64,000 bases of DNA, taken from Rickettsiales bacterium (GTDB lineage Bacteria; Pseudomonadota; Alphaproteobacteria; Rickettsiales; SXRF01). Both the position numbers and the translations under genes were made by a program. The stretch lies in contig JANRLL010000007.1 of the NCBI GenBank assembly GCA_033762715.1, forward strand, positions 3,902 through 67,901. Reading direction: 5' to 3'. This document shows, one piece after another, positions 28,433 through 37,153 of this stretch (positions within the stretch are counted from its first letter, which is position 1; the number at the start of each line of letters is the position of its first letter). The notes beneath the pieces are model-generated. The model saw only the letters and a list, made by a program, of their open reading frames with translations, was not told the origin of the DNA and did not search any database.

Positions 28433-28845
28433 TATTTTTTCTCTCGTGCTTCTTTGTGAAGATGCCCAATAGGTACTGTGGGATTGGCAATGATATACTC
28501 AGGTAGGCGCTTCATAAAGTTGGTTGCCATCTGTTTGGATTCAGGATCGGCATCGGATGCCATCCAGCGTGCATAGGCTGTTTCAAGATCCGTATAGCAA
28601 AAGTCAAATACCCTGCTTGCCATGCGATATATATTTTTTGGATGAAGGGTGTAACGTGTCACATTATCGGGATCTGTGATACGTACAAAATCAGCGCCTC
28701 CTACTCCTAATGCTTCAGCGCCTCCCCAGCTCGCAAAATACTCTTCATTAAACACAGGACCTAAGCTGCCGTCTGGATAGAGCAAGACTGGATACTCAAA
28801 CCCATGCCTTGAAAAATCGATGGTTTGATGTTGTGTCTTGCTCAT
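28432..28845 (-). CDS. hypothetical protein, translationally coupled between thyX and the Rieske oxygenase
   Basis: 137 aa with no recognisable motif. ATGA overlap with the thyX stop and TAATG overlap with the Rieske start. Confidence 0.55.
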   Translation of the reverse strand: MSKTQHQTIDFSRHGFEYPVLLYPDGSLGPVFNEEYFASWGGAEALGVGGADFVRITDPDNVTRYTLHPKNIYRMASRVFDFCYTDLETAYARWMASDADPESKQMATNFMKRLPEYIIANPTVPIGHLHKEAREKK

Positions 28846-29786
28846 GCGCTGGGTAGTTCAAGCGACTCTGCAAATTCGCGCCATTCACCTTTGCTCATGC
28901 CGCTGGTTTCTTGCGTAACTTTTTCGCCGGCGATCATGCGCTTAATCAAGGAGCGGCCTTTGGCCGATACATTTACCCCGCCCACGCGATAATCGGTGAA
29001 GGCTTGATAGGTCAGCGGCACCCAGGCTTTGAGCATCTCAATCATCACATTGGCATAGGCGCGGATTTCATATTGGGCGTGGCTGTCGGCACGCAGTGCA
29101 AGGAAATGCATCAGATTATGCAGATCGATTTTCCAATACCACTGGGTGTAGTAGTTGAGCGTCAAATTCATGCGCGCCAGTTCGCGGGCAATGCCGTCAC
29201 GCGACTCATCAATCACTTCACCTGCATGGGTGGTGTTCATCAGCTCTTCATAATGGCTATAGACCTGCTCGGAATCGGCTTTCAGCAGCTGCAGTACGCG
29301 CGCGGATTCTTGCGCAGACAAGGTTTGATCGCTGCGGCCCTGGTGATTTTTTTTCGATTGCGGCGCCAGTTGTTCGGCTTGCGGAATATAAAATTCTTTA
29401 TCCAAAATCGAATAGCGCGCGGAATATTCATTCACGTTGGCGGTGCGATGGCGAATCCATTGGCGGGCGATAAAAATCGGCAGCTTGATATGGAATTTGA
29501 TTTCGCACATTTCAAACGGCGTGGTGTGGCGATGGCGCAGCAGGTAGTTGATCAGGCCGGCGTCTTCATTCACTTTTTTGGTACCACGACCATAAGACAC
29601 ACGGGCGGCTTGCACCACGGCTGAATCGGTTCCCATATAATCGATCACGCGCACAAACCCATGATCGAGTACTGGCACGGCGGTGTAGAGCATTTCTTCC
29701 AACGCCGGCGCCACATCGCGGCGGGTGCTATTGGCTTGGCCTCGTTGAGCATCGATTTCAGCTTGTTGTTCGGGGGTCAGTGGCAT
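28842..29786 (-). CDS. thyX: FAD-dependent thymidylate synthase
   Basis: 314 aa. ThyX-type motif [14 protein letters not shown] (RHR...S-x-R). Also [15 protein letters not shown]. Confidence 0.9.
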   Translation of the reverse strand: MPLTPEQQAEIDAQRGQANSTRRDVAPALEEMLYTAVPVLDHGFVRVIDYMGTDSAVVQAARVSYGRGTKKVNEDAGLINYLLRHRHTTPFEMCEIKFHIKLPIFIARQWIRHRTANVNEYSARYSILDKEFYIPQAEQLAPQSKKNHQGRSDQTLSAQESARVLQLLKADSEQVYSHYEELMNTTHAGEVIDESRDGIARELARMNLTLNYYTQWYWKIDLHNLMHFLALRADSHAQYEIRAYANVMIEMLKAWVPLTYQAFTDYRVGGVNVSAKGRSLIKRMIAGEKVTQETSGMSKGEWREFAESLELPSA

Positions 29787-29851
29787 GAGGGATCCTGGTT
29801 AAAACGATTGTTGGTGGCGCTTAGTTAATTACAGGTTTATTGTGATTGTCT

Positions 29852-30778
29852 ATGAAAATTTGTTTTCTGGTGAAGGCAGCCACGTCGCAGGCTCAAGCAG
29901 AGAATTGCACCTACCTAACACAGGCCGCATCTCACTTAGGCCACGAGGTGTGTTGGGCCGATATTGATGCGCTGCATGCAGTGCAAGGCATGGTGCATGC
30001 GCAGGTTACGTCATGCGGCAACGAGCCGCTGCAATGGCAGATGGCATCGCTTGAAACATTCGATCTAGTGTGGGTGCTGAGCTTTGGCCGGCGCGGTAAT
30101 TTCCTGGATAAAATCCAGCTGCTGCATTTGCTGGCTGAGCGCACACGTGTGGTTAATCACCCTTTGGTGCTGCTTTTCTACCATAGCAAATTATCGCATC
30201 ATGCTCTGGCGCATCGCATGAACTATCCGGAAAGCTATATTGATCACAATGCCGAGCGGCTATGGCAGATTATGCATGAAAAAGGTGGCGACTGGATTAT
30301 CAAACCGACTGGCGATAGCTTGGGACGCGGCGTATTTAAGTTGACGCCAGGGGATGCGAACCGCCGGGTACTGCTCGAAAACCTCACCAAAGATGGAAAT
30401 TACTGTCTGCTCCAGCGTTATATTCCCGAAGTGGCGAAAGGTGAAAAGCGTGTATTGATGGCTGGCGGCGAGGTGATGGGCTTTTATGCCAAACAAGGCA
30501 GCGATCATCGCGGCAATCTGCATCAAGGTGCGGTTGCCCAGTGCTGTGACTTATCGGAAAAAGAGCGGGAAACTTGCGAACGCATAGGCCGGTATCTGCT
30601 TGAAAAAGGTGCGTATTTTGTGGGAATTGACCTCGCTTGGCCCTATGTGCTGGAGTGGAATGTATTAAGCCCAGGGGGGCTGGGCACGCTGGAGCGCTTG
30701 GGTGCTGGAAACCAGGCGGAAGCCGTTGTAAAGAAAGTTCTATCTGCCCCTTCACATTCGCTGGCAAAAGACCTATAA
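29852..30778 (+). CDS. glutathione synthetase-like ATP-grasp protein
   Basis: Layout parallels GshB: N-terminal substrate domain, then IIKPTGDSLGRGVF, LLQRYIPEVAKGEKRVLMAGGE, HRGNLHQG, FVGIDL and EWNVLSPGG. The ORF track begins at TTG 29846. Confidence 0.7.
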   Translation: MKICFLVKAATSQAQAENCTYLTQAASHLGHEVCWADIDALHAVQGMVHAQVTSCGNEPLQWQMASLETFDLVWVLSFGRRGNFLDKIQLLHLLAERTRVVNHPLVLLFYHSKLSHHALAHRMNYPESYIDHNAERLWQIMHEKGGDWIIKPTGDSLGRGVFKLTPGDANRRVLLENLTKDGNYCLLQRYIPEVAKGEKRVLMAGGEVMGFYAKQGSDHRGNLHQGAVAQCCDLSEKERETCERIGRYLLEKGAYFVGIDLAWPYVLEWNVLSPGGLGTLERLGAGNQAEAVVKKVLSAPSHSLAKDL

Positions 30779-30785
30779 TACTCTT

Positions 30786-31200
30786 GTTCCTTCGGGAACT
30801 ATGGCGATAAACGTAAGTCAGAATAGACGGATTGGACCCGGGGGCAGTACCCGGCGGCTCCACCTAAATTCAGTTGTTTCCATGACATTCTGCTGAATGT
30901 CATATGAAACGAGGCTCAGGGCTGACTCGGCCTGCTGGCTTCGTAGCAATGGATATGAAACGAATGAATTTTGGCGGGGCCGACACAGCGCTCGACAACC
31001 GTGATAAAGGTCTTATTTTTGCCCGCGATGATACTGGCGTAATCAGATCATAAACATAAATGCTAACGACAACGTTGCATTTGTTGCTGCTAACGACAAC
31101 ACCGTCGTAGCTGTACGCGCTGCTGCCTAACGGCGCTCGCGTGCACTAGCACGTAACACGGCTTTGGGGTATGTGCCGGGTAACAGAAACATGCCCCACC
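30786..31200 (+). ncRNA. ssrA: two-piece (circularly permuted) tmRNA gene: acceptor piece, intervening segment, coding piece
   Basis: The acceptor piece ends with T-arm CCGGG-GGCAGTA-CCCGG and CGGCTCCACC (to about 30864). The coding piece starts GGGGCCGACACAGCGCTCGAC at 30976. GGGGCCG pairs with CGGCTCC including the G3-U pair. Tag ORF GCT AAC GAC AAC ... TAA lies at 31062-31130. Outer boundaries are approximate. Confidence 0.78.
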
Positions 31201-31232
31201 TAACGCTTCGCAACCAATGATGTCTTGACTAA

Positions 31233-31736
31233 ATGACGACGACCAACGACCATAGCATTATGACCGATGACCTTTTTCACTACCCGAGTTTGATTGACCA
31301 TGCCATGCGCGGCCTTGTGCGTGACGTGCTCAAGCGCGTTGCCGCTCACGGCCTGACCGGTGATCATCATTTCTATATTTCATTCAATACGGAATATCCA
31401 GGGGTGCGTATTTCTGAGCAATTGAAAGCGCGCTATCCCAACGAAATCACCATTGTGTTGCAACACCAATTCTGGGATTTCAAAATTGAAGAGCATCAAT
31501 TCCATGTGACGCTGTCGTTTTCCGGCGTGCCAGAAAAGCTGCTTATTCCATTTGCGGCCCTTACCGCTTTTGCCGATCCTAGCGTAAAATTCGGCCTGCA
31601 ATTCCAGCCGACCGATGACCTGCCGATGAACTTTGCCGATGCGAATATCGAGCAAGAGATGATCGAGCCGGTTGAAGGCGCAACCGATGATGGTTCAGCC
31701 GAAGTGATTTCCCTGGACGCGTTTCGCAAAAAATGA
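31233..31736 (+). CDS. sspB: ClpXP adaptor SspB (alphaproteobacterial type)
   Basis: N-terminal block YPSLIDHAMRGLVRDVLKRVAAHGLTGDHHFYISFNT and an acidic tail ending LDAFRKK resemble Caulobacter SspB-alpha. Lies directly downstream of ssrA. Confidence 0.72.
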   Translation: MTTTNDHSIMTDDLFHYPSLIDHAMRGLVRDVLKRVAAHGLTGDHHFYISFNTEYPGVRISEQLKARYPNEITIVLQHQFWDFKIEEHQFHVTLSFSGVPEKLLIPFAALTAFADPSVKFGLQFQPTDDLPMNFADANIEQEMIEPVEGATDDGSAEVISLDAFRKK

Positions 31737-32086
31737 ACCGGCTTTTCTTTCTGCTAGCAGCCCTTGGTCTTTTTCAACCCGTGCAGGCCATGGCACAATC
31801 TGCTTTGCCGCAAGGCGTCTTGCAGACTATTCAGGGCCAAGTCATAGAAGTTGATTTTTCCGATGCTGCGGTAGATGGTCCCATCAAAATCACTGTCCAA
31901 TCTGACGGTGGACAATTGGTTACGGTCTTGGTTGGGGTTTTCCCGCCGCCGCCTTCTGACGCCAAAGACGCTAACCAGTTAAAGGCGGGCGATTGGGTAG
32001 AGGCGCAGGGTTATGTCGTCTCAGGGCGCATGCTCATGCAGGCCCCTTCCGACTATATCCGCCTTATTTCACGCAAGTCGCCATGA
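31733..32086 (+). CDS. small exported protein of unknown function
   Basis: Signal peptide MNRLFFLLAALGLFQPVQAMA. ATGA overlaps with both sspB and tadA. Confidence 0.5.
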   Translation: MNRLFFLLAALGLFQPVQAMAQSALPQGVLQTIQGQVIEVDFSDAAVDGPIKITVQSDGGQLVTVLVGVFPPPPSDAKDANQLKAGDWVEAQGYVVSGRMLMQAPSDYIRLISRKSP

Positions 32087-32520
32087 GCTTCATGCATGTT
32101 GCCCTTGAGCAAGCGCAGCTTGCTCAATCCCGCGGTGAAGTGCCGGTGGGTGCAGTTATTGTCAAAGACGGCCAACTCATCAGCGCCTCAGGCAATCTAG
32201 TCATCGATTCACACGACCCCACCGCGCATGCCGAGCTCCTTGCTATACGCGCGGCCTGCCAGCTGCTTAAAACCGAGCGTTTGGTCGGGTGCGATCTCTA
32301 CGTGACGCTGGAGCCATGCCCCATGTGCGCGCAGGCGATCAGCTTTGCGCGGATTCGCAGGCTCTATTTTGGTGCGTATGATCCTAAAGGTGGCGGGGTG
32401 GAAAATGGCGCGCGCATTTTTCAGCAAAGCAGCTGCCATCATAAACCTGAAATCTATGGCGGCTTGAATGAACAGGCCTGTGCTGCACTACTTAAGGATT
32501 TTTTTGCCGAGCTGCGTTAG
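32083..32520 (+). CDS. tadA: tRNA-specific adenosine deaminase
   Basis: Start trimmed to MSFMHVALEQA. Zinc motifs HAE and PCPMC. Also RIRRLYFGAYDPKGG. Confidence 0.9.
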   Translation: MSFMHVALEQAQLAQSRGEVPVGAVIVKDGQLISASGNLVIDSHDPTAHAELLAIRAACQLLKTERLVGCDLYVTLEPCPMCAQAISFARIRRLYFGAYDPKGGGVENGARIFQQSSCHHKPEIYGGLNEQACAALLKDFFAELR

Positions 32521-32924
32521 CGTGCCTGGCAGGAAGGTTGTTGCGCCCGCTCTTCCATCAGCTTTTGTACATGACACGGTGCGCAGGACTCTATCTCAGC
32601 TTCGCGCTCGGGTGCGCACGATTTAACCACCGAACTGCCGAGTTCAGGCGCGCTGCGTGCAGATGGGGTGGTGGCTGCATGGTTGGAGCAAAATAATTTA
32701 TCCATGATCGGTTCAACGGCCGCGCGCAATGCGCCTAAGGTGCCGAAATAAATGCCGGTCCACAGCACTGACTTAGACATGGTGGCTGCCAAGCCCATAC
32801 CGGTAGCGCCGATCACTGACTCGCCTAACAATCCGGCAATGGGTCCGGCTGCTAATGCAAGCAAGGAGCCGACGCAAAACAGCACGGCCGCCGATTTAGC
32901 AATATTGAAAAACTGTTCGCGCAT
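32517..32924 (-). CDS. hypothetical membrane protein (glycine-zipper-like TMs, Cys-containing C-terminus)
   Basis: 135 aa. Hydrophobic Gly/Ala-rich segments (AAGPIAGLLGESVIGATGMGLAATM). C-terminal tail contains CAPEREAEIESCAPCH. No homolog recognised. Confidence 0.4.
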   Translation of the reverse strand: MREQFFNIAKSAAVLFCVGSLLALAAGPIAGLLGESVIGATGMGLAATMSKSVLWTGIYFGTLGALRAAVEPIMDKLFCSNHAATTPSARSAPELGSSVVKSCAPEREAEIESCAPCHVQKLMEERAQQPSCQAR

Positions 32925-33134
32925 GTCGGTTGGAATCCTGTGATAACTGCAATCAGTGTAGAGCAGCCCGCATGCCGGCGCATGTGAAGATTGCGTTACA
33001 ATATTTTTATTGTAAAAACAATTGGTTGAGGTGGGGTGACATGGGCAATAGAGCCTTAGCCCTCGCTTTTATAACCCCTTATATTGGCACCATTATTGCC
33101 TCTATTTCCTGACCATTCATGTAGGAGGCCGCAT

Positions 33135-33557
33135 ATGCACGTTTCGAATTCCATGCCCGGGCAAAATACCCAAACCAGCGCCACTGGCACTAAAACCCAA
33201 CAAACCGATAATGCTTTTGCAGCACTGTTAGAGGGTACCGGCGATGATCCCGAAGCATTCCTGCATAAAATCACCTCCAACGGTATTAGTGGTTATTGGA
33301 GTTGGCAGATCGAGCAATTACGCAAGAAAATAGCTGCCGAAGTGATGCAAGAAAATAACGTTAGCCAGGAATCGCTCGCGAAAATGGATGACGCTGCTCG
33401 CACCAGCCTGGAGCAGAAAATCATGGATGAAGTCGAGCGCCGCGTGAAAGAGATGGTGGAAAACCAGATGAACAACGAGAAGAAAAATGGGATGCCCATT
33501 AGGCTAACCAGTGCGGCGACCACCCATAGCCTGATTAGCCTGACGCAGGAAATCTAA
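33135..33557 (+). CDS. hypothetical protein
   Basis: Strong SD aggagg 6 nt upstream of the ATG at 33135; the ORF track starts at 33084. Polar Q/T-rich N-terminus, then a charged helical region. Confidence 0.45.
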   Translation: MHVSNSMPGQNTQTSATGTKTQQTDNAFAALLEGTGDDPEAFLHKITSNGISGYWSWQIEQLRKKIAAEVMQENNVSQESLAKMDDAARTSLEQKIMDEVERRVKEMVENQMNNEKKNGMPIRLTSAATTHSLISLTQEI

Positions 33558-33695
33558 AACGCCACGTTAACAGCCGTTTCCTATAATTCACCTCTAGCCT
33601 GCCATTAACCTATTGCCTTACGCTATGCCTAAGGGTAAATCATGAGGTTAATGACGCATGTCAAGAGTTATAAAATGAATTGTTAAGGAAAAACA

Positions 33696-35354
33696 ATGGC
33701 TTCTTATCAATATATCTATGTGATGAAAGATTTAGGCAAGGCTTACGCAGGTGGTAAGCAGGTGCTTAAAGGTATTTACCTGTCATTTTTACCAGGCGCT
33801 AAAATCGGTGTGCTGGGCCCTAACGGTTCGGGTAAATCGACCTTGCTTAAAATCATGGCCGGCATTGAAAAAGATTTCACCGGTGAAGCCTGGGCTGCGG
33901 ATGGCGTGAAAGTGGGTTATCTGCCGCAGGAGCCTAAACTGGACGAAAAGAAGAACGTCATCGAAAACGTGATGGATTCGCTGGGCGAGAAGAAAGCGAT
34001 GCTGGATCGCTACAATGAATTGATGGCGAATTACTCCGATGAGATTGCCGATGAAGCTGCCAAGCTGCAAGATCAGATTGATGCCGCAGGCGCCTGGGAT
34101 TTAGAGCGCGAGGCAGAAATTGCCATGGATGCGCTGCGTTGCCCGCCAGGGGATGCCGATGTCACTAAAATTTCCGGTGGTGAACGTCGCCGTGTGGCGC
34201 TGTGTAAACTTCTGCTCGAAAAGCCTGACATGCTGCTGCTTGATGAACCTACCAACCATTTGGACGCCGAGTCGGTGGCATGGTTGCAGCATTTCTTGGA
34301 AAGCTATCCGGGCACCGTGGTGATGGTGACCCATGATCGCTACTTCCTCGATAATGTGACGGGTTGGATTTTAGAGCTCGATCGCGGCCAAGGCATTCCA
34401 TATGAAGGCAATTATTCATCCTATTTGGAGCATAAGCAAAAACGCCTGGCCCAGGAAGAAAAAGAAGAGCAATCCCGCCAGAAGCAGCTGGCGCGTGAGT
34501 TGGAATGGATTCGCCAAGGCGCCAAAGCGCGCCAGAGCAAAAGTAAGGCGCGTATTGCAGCCTATGAAGAATTACTGACCAAAGAAGGCCCAGCGCAAAT
34601 TGGTGCGGCACAGATTGTGATTCCACCAGGCCAGCGCCTCGGCAATTTGGTTATTCAGGCGGAAGGTCTGTCGAAAGGCTTTGGCGATAAACTGCTCATC
34701 GACAATCTCTCCTTCAGCTTGCCGCCAGGCGGCATCGTTGGTGTGATCGGTCCGAACGGTGCGGGTAAAACCACGCTGTTTCGCATGATCACCGGTGGCG
34801 AGAAAGCCGATAGCGGCACCTTTACCGTCGGTGATTCGGTGAAGCTGGGGTATGTCGACCAATCGCGCGATTCGCTCGATGATAAAAAAACCGTGTGGGA
34901 AGAAATTTCCGGCGGCGACGAAGAAATCTATCTCGGCAAAAAACTGGTGAAGTCGCGTGCTTATTGTTCGAGCTTCAACTTCAAGGGCTCGGATCAGCAG
35001 AAAAAAGTGGGTGTGCTGTCGGGCGGTGAGCGCAACCGCGTGCATCTGGCGAAAATGCTGCGCAAAGAATCGAACGTATTGCTGCTTGATGAACCCACCA
35101 ACGATCTGGACGTGGAAACCTTGCGCGCGCTGGAAGAAGCGCTGACCGAATTTGCCGGTTGCGTGGTGGTGATCTCGCATGATCGCTGGTTTTTAGATCG
35201 TATCGCAACCCATATCCTCGCCTTTGAAGGCGATAGCCACGTGGAATGGTTTGAAGGTAACTATGAGGCGTATGAAGCCGATCTGAAGAAGCGCTTAGGT
35301 GTTGATACGCTGGTGCCGACTAAGGTTAAATACCGTCCGCTCAAACGCGCTTAA
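33696..35354 (+). CDS. ettA: energy-dependent translational throttle protein EttA (ABC-F)
   Basis: 552 aa. Two ABC cassettes ([17 protein letters not shown]; [17 protein letters not shown]) and an EttA-like N-terminus [14 protein letters not shown]. Confidence 0.95.
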   Translation: MASYQYIYVMKDLGKAYAGGKQVLKGIYLSFLPGAKIGVLGPNGSGKSTLLKIMAGIEKDFTGEAWAADGVKVGYLPQEPKLDEKKNVIENVMDSLGEKKAMLDRYNELMANYSDEIADEAAKLQDQIDAAGAWDLEREAEIAMDALRCPPGDADVTKISGGERRRVALCKLLLEKPDMLLLDEPTNHLDAESVAWLQHFLESYPGTVVMVTHDRYFLDNVTGWILELDRGQGIPYEGNYSSYLEHKQKRLAQEEKEEQSRQKQLARELEWIRQGAKARQSKSKARIAAYEELLTKEGPAQIGAAQIVIPPGQRLGNLVIQAEGLSKGFGDKLLIDNLSFSLPPGGIVGVIGPNGAGKTTLFRMITGGEKADSGTFTVGDSVKLGYVDQSRDSLDDKKTVWEEISGGDEEIYLGKKLVKSRAYCSSFNFKGSDQQKKVGVLSGGERNRVHLAKMLRKESNVLLLDEPTNDLDVETLRALEEALTEFAGCVVVISHDRWFLDRIATHILAFEGDSHVEWFEGNYEAYEADLKKRLGVDTLVPTKVKYRPLKRA

Positions 35355-35472
35355 ATTCTATTGCTGCTTGCTGCAAATAGGGGTTTTCTGCGCTTCCAGT
35401 GCTCACGTACTGAAATGTACGCTGCGCGCCGGTTCTCGAAATCACCTATTTTTGCTGCGCATCAACGAATTT
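35353..35472 (+). repeat. ~120-nt nested-palindrome intergenic element, copy C
   Basis: Left half matches copy B at roughly 37 of 47 hand-aligned positions (cttgctgNaaa...tttt..ctgcgcttc...tgctcacgtact). Arms gcaaatagg / cctattttt-gc and aaattc / gaattt. Central hairpin cgtac-tgaaat-gtacg (35406-35421). The element starts at the ettA stop codon. Confidence 0.65.
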
Positions 35473-35489
35473 ATAATTTCTTCGCGCGA

Positions 35490-36050
35490 CTAGCGGGCGG
35501 CTTCGGCGGTGGCTTCTTTGTCGTGATGGTGATGATGGCGCTCTTGCCAACTATCGCGCACGGTTTGCAGCTGTGAAATATCATGCTGCACTTCGTCGAT
35601 TTTCTCGCGGCGTTTGCTGATATGGCGGTATGCACCAATACCGGCACCCAGTGCGCTGAGACCCGCTACCCATCCGGTTGGGTGTTTCATAATATGCGCT
35701 GCCAAACCTTTTTCATTTTGCAGAAAATCTTTGCCCAGTTTGGTCTCTATTTCTTCGGCCAAGCGCGAAAATTCACGTTCAAAGCCAGCCTGTGATGAGT
35801 TTTCTACATTTTCCATCATGCGTTCAGCGCGACGCACTAAATCAGTATGGTCATTTTTTATTTTCTTGGTAAGCGATACCGTAAAGGACACAGCCCCACC
35901 TACAACAGCGGCAACGCCGGCGGCAAAACCGGTTACCAAACCCGTGCCCACACGTAACGCGCCTTTAATATATTCTGGATTTTGTGCCTTACCCAGCTTG
36001 CGGTTTTTTTCCTCAAGCATGGTGTTTAATACTGTGTCGTTATCTGCCAT
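35490..36050 (-). CDS. hypothetical membrane protein with C-terminal His5 run
   Basis: 186 aa. Two Gly/Ala-rich hydrophobic segments (GTGLVTGFAAGVAAVVGGAV; WVAGLSALGAGIGAY). C-terminal ERHHHHHDKE. Confidence 0.5.
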   Translation of the reverse strand: MADNDTVLNTMLEEKNRKLGKAQNPEYIKGALRVGTGLVTGFAAGVAAVVGGAVSFTVSLTKKIKNDHTDLVRRAERMMENVENSSQAGFEREFSRLAEEIETKLGKDFLQNEKGLAAHIMKHPTGWVAGLSALGAGIGAYRHISKRREKIDEVQHDISQLQTVRDSWQERHHHHHDKEATAEAAR

Positions 36051-36254
36051 AAATCCATCCGCTGCGAATATTGTCTATGGGCTGATTATAAGGGGTTGTG
36101 GGTTCATTAAGTGTTAAGTTTCCATGACAATCGCCCATTTTTAGTAACCATTTGAGTTTTCTGGTTATCTATTGCACGCCGCTTGCTAATTATGGGTATG
36201 TTTAGTCTGGGCCGGAGCCTTTAGTTCTTATTACATATCAGCTAGTTATGCCGA

Positions 36255-37088
36255 TTATGAATAGACATGATCGCTTTCCAATATCTCGGTTTCACCAATC
36301 ATGGGCAGGGTTTTCAGCTCATCATAATAAGGCGTGAAATCCGGCTTGGTGGCATCAAAAAGCTGATCGAAACTATCGATCACAAAATAGGTTTTTTGCA
36401 CATCATCGATGCGGTAATCGGTGCGCATCACTCGCTTTAAATCAAAACCCAAACGCATCGGCACTGGGCTTTCCAGCGCATAGATGGACTCTTTGGCCGA
36501 AGAGACAATGCCTGAGCCGTAAATACGCAAACCGTCATCGGTGGAAATCAGGCCAAACTCCACGGTAAACCAGTAAAGCCGCGCCAAATAGATGAACGAA
36601 TCGAGCCCTTCGGCCTTGACACCGCCGAGGCCAAATTGCTGCATATAGTCAGCAAATACCGGATGAGCGAGCAACGGCACATGGCCAAAAAAATCATGGA
36701 AAATATCGGGTTCTTGCAGATAGTCCATCTTGGCCGGTTCGCGAATCCACCAGGTGATGGGAAATTGGCGCTTGGATAAATGTTCTTGAAATATAGGGCC
36801 TGGAATGAGGCCAGGCACCGGCACCAAACGCCAGCCGGTAGCCTTATCCAGCATGTCCGACACGCGGCGGTAATCGGGAATGCCGCCCTGGGTCAAAAGT
36901 TGTAATTGGGCGATGGCGTCGATATATTCATTACAAGCGCGGCCCTTGAGCAACGGCACCTGACGTTCGCATAGCGAATGCCACATGGCATGATCAGCCT
37001 GGGTATAGTTCGCCGGATCGAAATCAAACGTGTAATCAGGCCGCATATCGGCGGGATGCTCATCTGCTCGCAACATAGACTTATCCAT
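36255..37088 (-). CDS. phhA: phenylalanine 4-hydroxylase
   Basis: 277 aa bacterial PAH. Iron-ligand region PDIFHDFFGHVPLL and downstream FTVEFGL. Confidence 0.9.
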   Translation of the reverse strand: MDKSMLRADEHPADMRPDYTFDFDPANYTQADHAMWHSLCERQVPLLKGRACNEYIDAIAQLQLLTQGGIPDYRRVSDMLDKATGWRLVPVPGLIPGPIFQEHLSKRQFPITWWIREPAKMDYLQEPDIFHDFFGHVPLLAHPVFADYMQQFGLGGVKAEGLDSFIYLARLYWFTVEFGLISTDDGLRIYGSGIVSSAKESIYALESPVPMRLGFDLKRVMRTDYRIDDVQKTYFVIDSFDQLFDATKPDFTPYYDELKTLPMIGETEILESDHVYS

Positions 37089-37153
37089 TGGCAGTTATTC
37101 TACAGACTATTATAGTATAATTCTCTCGAAGGTCGACCATTAAGGATAAAGCA

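Noticed and set aside
30384-30863. 159-aa minus-strand ORF spanning the gshB-like 3' end and the tmRNA acceptor piece
   Set aside because: It overlaps both a supported CDS and the tRNA-like domain of ssrA. Its MEPPGTAPGS N-terminus is simply the reverse translation of the T-arm/acceptor region.
34572-35180. 202-aa ORF antisense to ettA (plus several shorter ones, 33789-34626)
   Set aside because: These are shadow ORFs within a universally conserved ABC-F gene.
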